This document shows positions 18,201 to 27,850 of a stretch of DNA of 64,000 bases, piece by piece. The notes beneath the pieces are model-generated. The model was not told the origin of the DNA. It saw nothing but the letters and a program-made list of their open reading frames with translations, and did not search any database. Position 1 is the first letter of the stretch, and each line of letters starts with the position of its first letter. Origin of the DNA: a virus; IMG/VR virus record IMGVR_UViG_3300044970_001982, positions 32,001 through 96,000 of that record, one strand, 5' to 3'. A program made the translations under genes and the position numbers.

Positions 18201-20695
18201 TAGTTTGCTTTTCCTGTAAAATTGAAGTTAAAGCTGTAAGGAACATCGCTTCCTTCATACATGGTATATAGGGACTTTAGTCTAAATGGATATGAATTAA
18301 ACCCTAAAGATGGACTTAATAAGTTTGTTAAAGATCTTGATGAACTACTATTAACTGGCCTTTCGAGCAATATATGTGGGCCCAAACCTAGTATTCTTGA
18401 CAACGATCTACTATATTTTTGCGTGTATGCATATAGTGGTCTTGTGGCTGGATTTGAAGAACTTGAAGTATTTATCTTATATAACGTATAAGAAGAAGGA
18501 ATATCTACAGAAGCAGAATTTGGATCAGCTACTTTTGTAGAGTCTTTAATTGTTACATCTGGATTAGTAATTTCAACATAGAATTCAATGTCGTCTACAG
18601 ATAATTCTTCTATTATTGACCTTTGGAATTGCGACATCTTTAATGTAAGCTGTGATTTAAAGTAGTCAAATATGCTTGTATTAGTAGATGCTGAATTTTT
18701 CGTTAAATTCCTTGCATAAAGAGACGTACTAGAGTTTATTGATATAAGATCAAAATCCGGCTTTTCACTGTCTTCAAGAGCTGAGGAATACATAACCCAA
18801 GAGGAAGACCAGTCTGTAATAAAATTGATTATTGAAGAGGCCAAACTTGTTTGTCTCATCGACAGAGCTTTGCAATACATGGCGTATGAGATGGAGTTAA
18901 ACAACAACTTGAATGGCCCTTCTATAACAGAAGAAAATAGAGTTGTACTACTATTAATTGTACCAAAATGTGATGTTCCATTATTAATATTTAATACTTT
19001 GTCTGGATTTGCAATATCATAAATACTGTTACAGTATGACATTAGCCCAAATGTTGTGGCTAATATATTTCCTTTTGTAAGGCTATCATTTTGACGCGGA
19101 TATGATAATAGAACGCCAATTGACTTAAGATCAGAAGAACTAGGTCCAGCTTTAACAAATGTATTTGAACTTACTGCATTAGCAAAGTACTTATAGCTTT
19201 TGGGTGAAACTCCATTTATTTTACTAGAGCCTATAACGCTATAATAATTTTTTTCAAATATTGTATCATTTATAGTCCATCCACCATTTTTTGTTGCATC
19301 AATACAGATACTGCTATCTATCATGTCAACATTATTGGCTACTACAGAAGATGTCATATTTAGTTGTCCTCCGGAGTTTACATTAGATGCATTAGGGCAG
19401 AAGGACAGGTCTAGGATAAGTGTTCCAAAATTATTGGCAACAAAGTTATTTATAAGACTAGCTTGACTAGAAGTTATTGTAGAGTCAGGAGACCAAAGAA
19501 GCACATCGAATTGACTTAACTGGGCTGAAGTAACTGAGTCTATATTTACTTTCCAATAATTAGCTAAAGATTTGTCTGTTAATGTCGTAAGTGGATTTTC
19601 AAATACAAGCTTAGTTAAATTAAATGGAGAATTTTCTAATCTATACAAAACGTATGGATTAATATTTTGATTTGTTGAGCCTGAATAAAGAATTCCAGCT
19701 TTGACAGTTCTTATTCTAACTGGAGAATCTGGATTAGAATCTATTTCATAATCTATGTCTTGTAAATTAATATTTCTTCTTATTTTTCCTATTATTCTCC
19801 AATTGAAAACTTCATAATTTCTATAGTCTTTAATTGCCTTGCTTGGTACAAGAGCTTGATATCCGTTTGTTATAGAAACATGACCTGTGTTTACACTGGA
19901 ATAATTTTCGTCAATCTTTTTAATTGAAAAATTTCTAGATCCATAATAATTAGGATCTATAACAAAAGACTCTTCTGGAATATTATTAAAGTATTTAACA
20001 GCATTTATAGTTTCTGTATATCTTAACTGTTGATTGCTAAATTTTCCGTTTTCATCAGATTCAACTTTATTGTACATTAACTTAAGGTTTAAAGGATAGG
20101 AGCTATCCAGTACAACTATAACTCTGTATGGTATTTCCTCTAGATTAACGTTTGCACTAGTTTTATATGGTTCTAATAGAATCTTATATTTTTTTCTATT
20201 TGTATTTAGATCAATATAATCTTTTCCAAATTCATCTAAAACCTTTATGCCAAGATTATATATTTGATCTTGGTCAGGAAGATTGTTGTAAGATGTAAAA
20301 TTAAAAATTGCAGGAGCGGCAGTAAAGTATCTACTTATATAAACATAGTGACCAAAATCGTTAGCGTTTATTTCGGTAGGATTCAGTGTTTCAGATACTG
20401 TTGGCCTGTGTAGAAATAGGTTACTTATCGTAATGTCATCAGTTGATAATACTGATGATCCGTTCATTCTTCTTAAGATTCCCAACTCATCTGCGTACAT
20501 TAGTTCTGCGTCATAGGATTCTTTTATTTTATTTTCTAGAATTGTTTCTGAAACATTTACTGTAACTATGTTATTTTTTGGAGAAATTGATTCTGATGTA
20601 TACCAAGATAAAACTGCTGCGTCTGCAGGAACGTTTGTTCCTATTTTGATTGCTTTTTCATTTTCGTTTGTAGTAATGTTGGTAAATTTTTTCAT
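15224..20695 (-). CDS. Large baseplate/tail protein with an internal peptidoglycan-binding domain
   Basis: 1823 aa, beta-rich; VKYIQYTLAAAG...IDGSYGPVTAQAVYNFQ...VDSET (~17815-17985) matches the three-helix PG_binding_1 pattern. Confidence 0.7.
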   Translation of the reverse strand: MKKFTNITTNENEKAIKIGTNVPADAAVLSWYTSESISPKNNIVTVNVSETILENKIKESYDAELMYADELGILRRMNGSSVLSTDDITISNLFLHRPTVSETLNPTEINANDFGHYVYISRYFTAAPAIFNFTSYNNLPDQDQIYNLGIKVLDEFGKDYIDLNTNRKKYKILLEPYKTSANVNLEEIPYRVIVVLDSSYPLNLKLMYNKVESDENGKFSNQQLRYTETINAVKYFNNIPEESFVIDPNYYGSRNFSIKKIDENYSSVNTGHVSITNGYQALVPSKAIKDYRNYEVFNWRIIGKIRRNINLQDIDYEIDSNPDSPVRIRTVKAGILYSGSTNQNINPYVLYRLENSPFNLTKLVFENPLTTLTDKSLANYWKVNIDSVTSAQLSQFDVLLWSPDSTITSSQASLINNFVANNFGTLILDLSFCPNASNVNSGGQLNMTSSVVANNVDMIDSSICIDATKNGGWTINDTIFEKNYYSVIGSSKINGVSPKSYKYFANAVSSNTFVKAGPSSSDLKSIGVLLSYPRQNDSLTKGNILATTFGLMSYCNSIYDIANPDKVLNINNGTSHFGTINSSTTLFSSVIEGPFKLLFNSISYAMYCKALSMRQTSLASSIINFITDWSSSWVMYSSALEDSEKPDFDLISINSSTSLYARNLTKNSASTNTSIFDYFKSQLTLKMSQFQRSIIEELSVDDIEFYVEITNPDVTIKDSTKVADPNSASVDIPSSYTLYKINTSSSSNPATRPLYAYTQKYSRSLSRILGLGPHILLERPVNSSSSRSLTNLLSPSLGFNSYPFRLKSLYTMYEGSDVPYSFNFNFTGKANYTVNATYKGKKEIDIPVGPKPATLPAENVKSGIDDYQTSRSTNVADASNIFPYTGDIDIHGDPRIWVQGSPTHEYVKYIQYTLAAAGKYKGAIDGSYGPVTAQAVYNFQVANNQRFKDYKVDSETKWYLALVWLIKRAFEGQKALDDWKAFATPDIRKYISKVETMSLAPDVNSGRPYRKITFTGTVGPKLGADILFMQVPSSMINVTGITITPDQQDARWRNFKVVSVGWGPTFETNIFKYSKLEALNLSAASGDINIPINNLEANSCRYIIVGIEGLAISPGFGQGEGFGISGIKINGTVDGGTETGYEDENTPISVDVEVVFSTSISDLSPSVPKNLNVRNVNELSRLSNYITSLSFGNSTIEIDEGELEIGSDGFENSRIKVESFTNSTGSVTLSNLSVSNIRTSTGAEVSSNAVSYTNTSNTITFDTSATYYGTSLVRTQPIDLSSNFRLKTLSGNILPSGKNTINYGDGVLLLCNDAGAPVGLPTYSQIRAAIDASTYQNISSQETDLRYGYFSVYNELPDDGIRYGFYDVSERKFLGNYINYIDLYSRSGEAFSRSSANIYIAICALDADGQSGDGEFFGLNNTNTFIPSRVPLKYLVPVYSVKYKSNTSINVGSISQNISKFDTWELPVSNGSFNKEIYIDPNIKWHDWKWNYMGQRLVGQYSTLDTPNIAWSTVFGYGYYDVVDENPSIIDTKTIQVRRAPIVAWNHPTDNLNSIVGIIKPEIKIYTRESISSAWVEVDYSIIKDVNCYTGLISFKKAIVPSSRSLIKVNYSTENNNLLLREVDGFPIPLNPLLNQETIRFDKPLYIYILPNNVYRYANYNESLLNGIPVSSLAYEKIDDYSYNSGINFTYDSSIFDSTSINYNPFALTIAVIYVTNKPNSIATNFVDLRVRGGGLRGDLDNSEILDSLNNNSLTEEYDVLSYWDVYPPQGNTYNRGGYVIIQIPQEVKENFVDPKQIYDVIRNNLTAGVVFDLQDLEGNSWS

Positions 20696-23600
20696 CAGTA
20701 TTCCTCATGATCCGGATGCAATAGCGAGTAGTCAACGACTATATTTGGAGTTGTTCCCATTATTCCCATCTGATACTGTGTATATTTATTTAACATAGTC
20801 CATACTGGGGGTTGCCAGTTTGGTGTTGTATCTAATGAATATAGTACCGATGGATTAGTGTGGTTGTAAACAAAATTAGGAGTTGCTATTAGCTCTGAAT
20901 TGTCTTGCTTGTTTACTGTATATATGTTTGGAAGCGGGATATCCGATTCATTGCTATATTGAATTGGGTCATAGGATTCATACCAATATATAACATCTCC
21001 AGCTATAGTAACGTCTGTTGAATCAACAGTTTCCCCATCTTCTTCTAAAAGATTTCGAACAATTTCATCATTAACTATATTAACTCTAGCAAACCAATAT
21101 CCTGGAGCGCCAACTTCCTGTGAAGTCATTGCAGTATCTATTTCAAAACTACCATCAGCCTGTGAGGTAATTAAATAATCTGGTGTTGCAGCAAAGAGGT
21201 CTTTTAGGGTTCTTGCCTTATTCCAAGCTATCTGAACTTCGTGGTTAAATGAATCATTTTTCCACAATATTTTTCCAGATATTCCTATTGAGCTAACTCC
21301 GTCGGCATTTACTATAAAATCTGTGGGAGCTGCTTTTATCCAAACTCTATTTGGTTCAGTTCTTCTAATATTAAAGGGTATACTTTCAACGTAAGATCCT
21401 GTCTGGCTATTAGATCCACCATTTGGTGTAGCCGATCCTATACCAGTAATGGTAATTGTTGAAGAAGTTACCTCGGCTGGCTGAGGACCTGTATATCTTA
21501 TGAGTGTTTTTGCTAATCCATTATCATTCGTTGTTACATAATTTGGTGTAGCTAATATTAGGTTACCTGAAATTTCAAAAGTTTGACCAGGCTTTATGTT
21601 ATCATTTTCATCATAAGAAACTATGGAGAGGTGCATTATGTCAGAGTATGCGTCGGAGATATACCCTGGAGATAGGTATGTTTCTGTATGAGAGAAATCA
21701 TATTCACTTAATGATACATAAACATACCCCTCATCAATGGGGTTAACATCTGGGCTTACATCTAAATCTATTGTCTGAGTATTGTCATTAATTGCTGATT
21801 CATATGTAATTGAATATATTTCTTCATAGTTAGGTGTTGTACTAAAGTAAATATATGTATTATATTCATCGTTTACAGAATCATAAACACGATTATCTAT
21901 ACTCCATGCCTGATTAACTGTATAAGTTACTTCATATTCTCTTCCAATAATTGATGGAGTTGACTGATCGAAGCACTCTAGCTTATTTGTTGCGGTTGAT
22001 AAATCTGAGAATAATATTTCGCCAGTATATTTATCTGCAACCGTAATATTAAATACATCTTCATAGGCTAAGTATAGCGAGTTGCCAAAATTCCCATAAA
22101 CAGACTCTGTATTTACAAAGGATAAATTACCAGGTGTTGCGCTATCTTCAAAAACTATATTTCTATACTGTGTTTCATGAACATTAACAATAATTGGAGA
22201 TCCGTTGGTAGGCGTAGAGTTCAACTTTATAGAGAAGAATTGACCATTAAATGTCTCTGTAACTGGTTCTGAATAAACGTAATATTCATCTTCATTTAAG
22301 AACAGATGGCCAGTGTGAATTGCTCTTCTCTTGGCCATTAGTGCAGCTGTGTCTTTTTTAGCATGCAAAGAGACTTCTATTGAATCAGAGTTTTCTACAG
22401 CGTTGTTTATGTTTTCAACTAGTTGATCCTTATTTTCTACGTATACAATAATATCATTTGTATCAGAAAGAAAGTTAATGTCTTTAATATCATATATATA
22501 TTCCAAGTTCAAATTAAAACTATTTGAATCTAAATTAATAGTCTTTAAAAATGTGTCTGAGTTGAAATAAGAAACTAAATATTGTTCCTCATTTTCATAA
22601 ACATTATCTAAAGAATCTATAAATCCACTGAACAACTGAGGTGTTGTTTGCGCTGAAAAAGAAAAATATTCCTCTCTATATAGAGGATAATAATTTCCAG
22701 ATGCCGACTCAAATTTAATATAACTTGGAGTAGATGAGAAGTTAATTGTTGCAGAATCAAAATACTGCGGAGTGGTTAGCTGAACTCCACTTTCATCATA
22801 AAATGAGTATAATATATTTGGCGAAGATGGAACAAGATATCTATTATTGTCTACAAAATCAACAACAGCACCACCAGCAGTGTTGTTAATTATATTGTCT
22901 GTGCCAAAGTAAGCCAACCCTACTGGTGCAGCAGAATTAATATACAAATACTCTGGAGTAGCGTTAGGTGGATATATGATTAGATCAACTAGATCATCTA
23001 CATATATAATTGGTGTTGTTAAACTCTGCTCAAACCTACTATTTCCTTCGTTCAAGTACACATAAGAAGATATTTGGTTAGTGTCTTGAATAAAGACATC
23101 ATCATTATATATGGTAGATCCTATTCTAAGATTAACATTATCTGCAGTTATATTTGGAGATGCTATAGATGTTTCTGTTCCAGCAGAAGGATTTACATAG
23201 TAGTTTGGAGTGGATAGATTAAATCCCCCCCAATAATCGCCAATGTCAATAGTTGTATCATAATCTTGAGTTAGATAATCCCAACCACCATTAGAAAATA
23301 CTATCTTAACTTGAGATACATCTTCTATAGATATAGAAGAGAAATTAGGGGATGATGGGTTGTTGTATACTTCATTGTATGTTTTATCTCTAAACTCAAT
23401 ATCATTTAAAGTATTACCTTCTTGCGTGAATATCTTAATAAGATTAAATTCTGGACTTGATACATGATCCTGTCCATATCTATTGTAAACATAAAAATCT
23501 TCTCTATTCAAATAGTTAAGATTTGCATAGAATGTCGATGGAGTGGCGTAATTTGCATGCGCTTTGGTTGTTACCTCATAGGTAAGCCCAACTCCACCAT

Positions 23601-25263
23601 CTATACTTTCTACTGAATAACTACTTGCTGTTTGCAAGTAAGATAGATACCAAGAAAAATCTAACTTAATTGGATTATAATAAGTTTTGTCAGCGCTTCT
23701 GTATACACCAGATATCTCAGCATAGCCGTCAAAAGATATGGTAGATTTTTCTACTGACTCAACTATAAGTCTTGCATCAGAGAAATCTCCAATACCAGGT
23801 TGATATAGATCTGTTAATGGAGAAGATGCCGCATCATATATTGCAGATATTCTAGATACGCCTTCATTTTCCATTCCAGCGTAATCCCAGATTCCCTCTT
23901 CCCATCTTACGTATCCAATATTTGTGGGATATCTTTTATTTATGTCTAATACTATGTCTTTAAATTTTTGAAGAGGTATTCCAGAATCACTAAAATATGG
24001 AGTTGATACTTCCATATCTGAAATTTCAATAATTTCTGGAGTTGCACCTGCGTAGTCAGAGTCTGGAGTAGCTCCATACGCTTTCCATATGTCCAGTTCT
24101 CGTCTTAAGGTTCTTTGAAGTGCTTCTTTGTATACTCCAGGTAAATTTCTGTAAACGTCTAATATTCTCTTTTTATATCTCGAATTATCTTCAAGGAATA
24201 ATCTTGGCAGACCGACTCTGACTCCAAACTCATCAAAAATATTAAAAACATTTGTTGGATATTGATCAAACGCAATTCCATTAACCAATAAAGAATCATA
24301 TTGTCTAATGGTTAAAATTTGCTTATCTATAGGATTATAGAAATACGCATGATCTGTTGGTTTTAAGTTGTAAAAATAACCAAGATCATGAACTGCAGAT
24401 AGCTTTACGCCATCTCCAACTACACCAATTACATTGACGGGAATATTATACGAAACATAAACCCAGGTTAATATTTCCTCATTCGCGCTTGCTATATAAT
24501 TATTTATATTTTGTAAATCTATTTTAGTTACAAATTGATCTATAGAATCTTGCAAAAGTGCTGAAAGGAACTTTCCTCCAGAAGAATTTGGAGTAGCTGT
24601 ACTTGGTGTAGCATTTTCTTCTGAGTCTTCAAAAAGCGAAGTCCATGTAGGGAATCTTCTTAATATATTTTTAGTATTTTGAGATACTACAGGAGACGTA
24701 ATATCGTGAATGCCAATCTCTAAATAAAATAGCAAACCTAAGTCAGATGTATTTCCAGTTTCTGTAAATATTTCTAACTCAATTTTAATCCAAGGCTTAG
24801 AGTTTCTAATAAATATTGCATTAGAATCAAAGGAAACTTTAGACTGAAGCCATGGACCATTTTCTTCGTCTGATTCATATATTTGAATATTAAAAGTTGG
24901 GACTTCGTCTCCGGCAACATTGGTAAATGTATGCTTATAGGCTAAGATATCTATTCTAGAACTTGTATCTACGAACCTGAGTAAGTCAGGGGTTGCAGCA
25001 TCATATATAACTTCTCCGGCATCTGTCATATAAACAGAGTTCTGGACTAATGGTGTTGCGTGGTCTTCCGAGAAAGAGGGGGAGGTTAACTCTATTCCGG
25101 TATAAATATTGTCACCAATAAGGTTTAAGCCATATCTAGACCGAGTGTATGAATAGTTGGTATAAGCTGTATTATGGTACAGGTTAATTGGATTACTGGT
25201 CCAGACATTACTGGACTTATTAAAATCTGAACTTCTCAGAAGTAACAAATATTGTTTCATCAA
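20695..25263 (-). CDS. Large baseplate wedge protein (gpI/gp7-like core plus Ig-like domains), rich in [AST]TP motifs
   Basis: Follows the baseplate J gene; FDEFGVRVGLPRLFLEDNSRYKKRIL wedge-type motif; C-terminal Ig-like VTTNDNGLA; very acidic. Confidence 0.7.
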   Translation of the reverse strand: MMKQYLLLLRSSDFNKSSNVWTSNPINLYHNTAYTNYSYTRSRYGLNLIGDNIYTGIELTSPSFSEDHATPLVQNSVYMTDAGEVIYDAATPDLLRFVDTSSRIDILAYKHTFTNVAGDEVPTFNIQIYESDEENGPWLQSKVSFDSNAIFIRNSKPWIKIELEIFTETGNTSDLGLLFYLEIGIHDITSPVVSQNTKNILRRFPTWTSLFEDSEENATPSTATPNSSGGKFLSALLQDSIDQFVTKIDLQNINNYIASANEEILTWVYVSYNIPVNVIGVVGDGVKLSAVHDLGYFYNLKPTDHAYFYNPIDKQILTIRQYDSLLVNGIAFDQYPTNVFNIFDEFGVRVGLPRLFLEDNSRYKKRILDVYRNLPGVYKEALQRTLRRELDIWKAYGATPDSDYAGATPEIIEISDMEVSTPYFSDSGIPLQKFKDIVLDINKRYPTNIGYVRWEEGIWDYAGMENEGVSRISAIYDAASSPLTDLYQPGIGDFSDARLIVESVEKSTISFDGYAEISGVYRSADKTYYNPIKLDFSWYLSYLQTASSYSVESIDGGVGLTYEVTTKAHANYATPSTFYANLNYLNREDFYVYNRYGQDHVSSPEFNLIKIFTQEGNTLNDIEFRDKTYNEVYNNPSSPNFSSISIEDVSQVKIVFSNGGWDYLTQDYDTTIDIGDYWGGFNLSTPNYYVNPSAGTETSIASPNITADNVNLRIGSTIYNDDVFIQDTNQISSYVYLNEGNSRFEQSLTTPIIYVDDLVDLIIYPPNATPEYLYINSAAPVGLAYFGTDNIINNTAGGAVVDFVDNNRYLVPSSPNILYSFYDESGVQLTTPQYFDSATINFSSTPSYIKFESASGNYYPLYREEYFSFSAQTTPQLFSGFIDSLDNVYENEEQYLVSYFNSDTFLKTINLDSNSFNLNLEYIYDIKDINFLSDTNDIIVYVENKDQLVENINNAVENSDSIEVSLHAKKDTAALMAKRRAIHTGHLFLNEDEYYVYSEPVTETFNGQFFSIKLNSTPTNGSPIIVNVHETQYRNIVFEDSATPGNLSFVNTESVYGNFGNSLYLAYEDVFNITVADKYTGEILFSDLSTATNKLECFDQSTPSIIGREYEVTYTVNQAWSIDNRVYDSVNDEYNTYIYFSTTPNYEEIYSITYESAINDNTQTIDLDVSPDVNPIDEGYVYVSLSEYDFSHTETYLSPGYISDAYSDIMHLSIVSYDENDNIKPGQTFEISGNLILATPNYVTTNDNGLAKTLIRYTGPQPAEVTSSTITITGIGSATPNGGSNSQTGSYVESIPFNIRRTEPNRVWIKAAPTDFIVNADGVSSIGISGKILWKNDSFNHEVQIAWNKARTLKDLFAATPDYLITSQADGSFEIDTAMTSQEVGAPGYWFARVNIVNDEIVRNLLEEDGETVDSTDVTIAGDVIYWYESYDPIQYSNESDIPLPNIYTVNKQDNSELIATPNFVYNHTNPSVLYSLDTTPNWQPPVWTMLNKYTQYQMGIMGTTPNIVVDYSLLHPDHEEY

Positions 25264-25276
25264 TTAACCTTAATTT

Positions 25277-26446
25277 TTAATAAACTGAAGTACCCATTAT
25301 AACAGAATTTACCGTTATAGTTCCAGCTGCTAAGTATTTTTTAACACCATCTGGAGTATAATCTGTCAAAGGAATTTCTCTTCCATCAGCTGTCATTGCA
25401 GTTATTACTACACCCCTAATGTAGTCGGAAGCTGTCTTTATTTGACGCTCTAACTCACCAACGGAGAGAGTTTCTCCAACAGATAGAGAATTTAAATACC
25501 TTTTAACGAATAGCACAGATTGATTTCGTATACCAGCTGCCAATGTTTCGTTTACTCCCATAGGAATTCTTATTGTATAAGACAATCCTATCCCAACTTT
25601 TTCGGCTATTCTTACATTAAATTTAACACCAACTGGTTTTACTTGTGAAGTTGCAAGTATGATGTTTTGAGGTAAATTTGATAAGGCTGAAGAATTTTCA
25701 GGAACAACAATAATGTCACAAGAACCAACCCCATAAGATCCTTCTCTAATTTTTACATCCCTAACACCTCTAACAGACAAGGCTGCGAAGCGTACGGACT
25801 CAACTGTTCCAACAGCTTTAGACTTTATAGATGCTACTATTCTTCTTCTATAATTAGAATCTGACTCTGAATTTACATTTGAATAAACTTCTTTTGGATT
25901 ATTACAAAACAGTATTACTCCAGCTGGAGAAAAAAAGCTATGTTTAGTTAGCGAATTAACTGGTGCAACGTAGGCATTGTCAGTGAAATTTGGCTCTACT
26001 CTACCATAAGCTTTTAGATTTCCCCTGGCGATAGTGACGTCTCCAACTAGCTTAAATGAATACTGTTTTGTAACAAAGTTGCTAACATCATTGTAAACAA
26101 GTGTTCCGCTAGGAATTAGTACATCAGAGCTGTGAGCTTTATTTATAAAAAATTCTATATTGAAAGACTGTCTATCTTCTGCGGAATAATCTGTTATAGT
26201 TTTTCTTTGTATCCCATAAAGATCGCCAATAAGGTCTAAATTTTTTCCAGAAGCTGTCAGTAAGTTATTTTGATTAATATTAAATCTAAGAGACTCATAA
26301 AGGTCAGATATTTCAGAAGTAAATGCCTCAGCAAACGCTCTAGCTATCGACCCTGGATATATCGCAGTAATTCCTGCGTCTTTCTGGAGTGAGTTTAGTA
26401 CATTTACTAAAATATCAGACTTATTTTTAATACCGTATACAGTCAT
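25277..26446 (-). CDS. Baseplate J-like wedge protein
   Basis: PGSIARAFAEA, ASGKNLDLIGDLYGIQR, IPSGTLV, ESDSNYRRRI, GTVESVRFAALSVRGV, KPVGVK. Confidence 0.9.
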   Translation of the reverse strand: MTVYGIKNKSDILVNVLNSLQKDAGITAIYPGSIARAFAEAFTSEISDLYESLRFNINQNNLLTASGKNLDLIGDLYGIQRKTITDYSAEDRQSFNIEFFINKAHSSDVLIPSGTLVYNDVSNFVTKQYSFKLVGDVTIARGNLKAYGRVEPNFTDNAYVAPVNSLTKHSFFSPAGVILFCNNPKEVYSNVNSESDSNYRRRIVASIKSKAVGTVESVRFAALSVRGVRDVKIREGSYGVGSCDIIVVPENSSALSNLPQNIILATSQVKPVGVKFNVRIAEKVGIGLSYTIRIPMGVNETLAAGIRNQSVLFVKRYLNSLSVGETLSVGELERQIKTASDYIRGVVITAMTADGREIPLTDYTPDGVKKYLAAGTITVNSVIMGTSVY

Positions 26447-26447
26447 T

Positions 26448-26828
26448 TTAATCTCCTAAATTTTGACTGACAGATAGCATGATTGGTTCATCTATATCGG
26501 ATATAATATGTATATCAAATCTTATTGTATCTGGACTTGTTGGAACTGCTTTTATTTGAATATTTCTTCCCTTAAAAAGACCTTCCCTCTGTATCCCAGC
26601 TCTAATTAGAGCTTTTCCAAACTCTGCCGTTTCTCTAGACTGTGGCATTCCGTATAGCCTGGATAAGTCTATTCCTAACTGTGGATATATATAAAAATCT
26701 CCTGGCTCTGTCATCATCCTTAAGTATATTTGCTGAATGTCTTCATGCATAGATGAAGGAGCTAACGCTATATCTTTTAATCCAGATATAACAATATCTC
26801 CATCTAAAGTAAAATATAAATCACTCAT
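26448..26828 (-). CDS. Baseplate wedge/sheath initiator (gp25/gpW-like)
   Basis: 126 aa directly upstream of J; QQIYLRMMTEPGDFYIYPQLGIDL pattern. Confidence 0.8.
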   Translation of the reverse strand: MSDLYFTLDGDIVISGLKDIALAPSSMHEDIQQIYLRMMTEPGDFYIYPQLGIDLSRLYGMPQSRETAEFGKALIRAGIQREGLFKGRNIQIKAVPTSPDTIRFDIHIISDIDEPIMLSVSQNLGD

Positions 26829-27468
26829 TACTTTCCCTTAAAGCGGTGATGTGTGCCTCCTCAAAAGTAAGGCCTGTTTTTATTAAATCGACTACTCGTA
26901 GAATATGTTCTGGGGAATAGTCTGTTCTATAAGCCTCTATAAGTTTTATTTGCTCTTCTGTCAAACCATCAGTGCTATATTTGGATATATAATCCTGTGT
27001 AGGAACTGTTTGATTGTCTGAAGATAATCTATAGTCACCAGTAATAGTAATGGGAGTTTGGCTTTGTTCTTGTTCATTTTCAATAATAGCTTGAAGATAA
27101 TGTGTTACTCCATTTTGGGATGAATGGATAAGTTTGTTATTTAATTTAACTAAAGTAGGCTCCACATATGTAGAGGCAGAGTAGTTAAAATTAAAACTAT
27201 TCCATCTCAATCCGTCTTCTTTTGTAAACATTTTGATAGAGTCTGCAAATAATGATATTGACTTTCCTTTTGCACTGATTATTATTCCAATTCCAGGAGC
27301 TGCAAATATTTCAATGTCTCCGTCATCCGTAAGACGAATAAAGCTACTTAAATCTGGATGAGTCAATCCGACTTCTCTGTCAGAGAATTCTTTTCTTTTT
27401 TTTATTTCAGAAGAAACTGGGTAGGTTTTTTGCTGATAATTTATTCTATCTATAGAGTCTTTAGTCAT
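26821..27468 (-). CDS. Probable spike beta-helix portion
   Basis: LTHPDLSSFIRLTDDGDIEIFA...GIIISAKGKSISLFADSIK, short alternating strands as in gpV/gp138 C-terminal regions; position between the OB-fold gene and the gp25-like gene. Confidence 0.5.
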   Translation of the reverse strand: MTKDSIDRINYQQKTYPVSSEIKKRKEFSDREVGLTHPDLSSFIRLTDDGDIEIFAAPGIGIIISAKGKSISLFADSIKMFTKEDGLRWNSFNFNYSASTYVEPTLVKLNNKLIHSSQNGVTHYLQAIIENEQEQSQTPITITGDYRLSSDNQTVPTQDYISKYSTDGLTEEQIKLIEAYRTDYSPEHILRVVDLIKTGLTFEEAHITALRESNE

Positions 27469-27836
27469 CAGTACACCATAAATTTCGGTATTCCAGTATT
27501 AAGAGTATAATTATAATTGTAGTTAGCGTTAGATCCAAGATCTTGATAGATATTTATAATATAAGGTTTTGCCTCATTATTATCTCTAAATCCTACTAAA
27601 CATCTTTCTCCAGGAACTGGAGAAACAAATTGGACTCCTCTAGTATAAGGGCACGCAACATTTTTGATTACATTTCCTACACTGTCAGAGTACTGATCTT
27701 CTAAAACTACTATTGCAGTATTTGTTACTTTATCATAAGACATAATAACACCAGGCCTTGTTCTAGCCTTCTGCATTTCTGTTGTTGTTATTTGGTCTTG
27801 TATTTTTTTGTCAAATTTTGGATAATTTACTGGCAT
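27468..27836 (-). CDS. Spike N-terminal OB-fold protein (gpV/gp138-like)
   Basis: RPGVIMSYDKVTNTAIV...IKNVACP...PVPGERCLVGFRDNN..PYII. Confidence 0.7.
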   Translation of the reverse strand: MPVNYPKFDKKIQDQITTTEMQKARTRPGVIMSYDKVTNTAIVVLEDQYSDSVGNVIKNVACPYTRGVQFVSPVPGERCLVGFRDNNEAKPYIINIYQDLGSNANYNYNYTLNTGIPKFMVY

Positions 27837-27850
27837 ATGCTTCTCCTTAA

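Noticed and set aside
20695-25263. ATP motifs as a DNA tandem repeat or diversity-generating retroelement target
   Set aside because: Synonymous codons vary, spacing is irregular, flanks are unrelated, and no reverse transcriptase or template repeat is visible.
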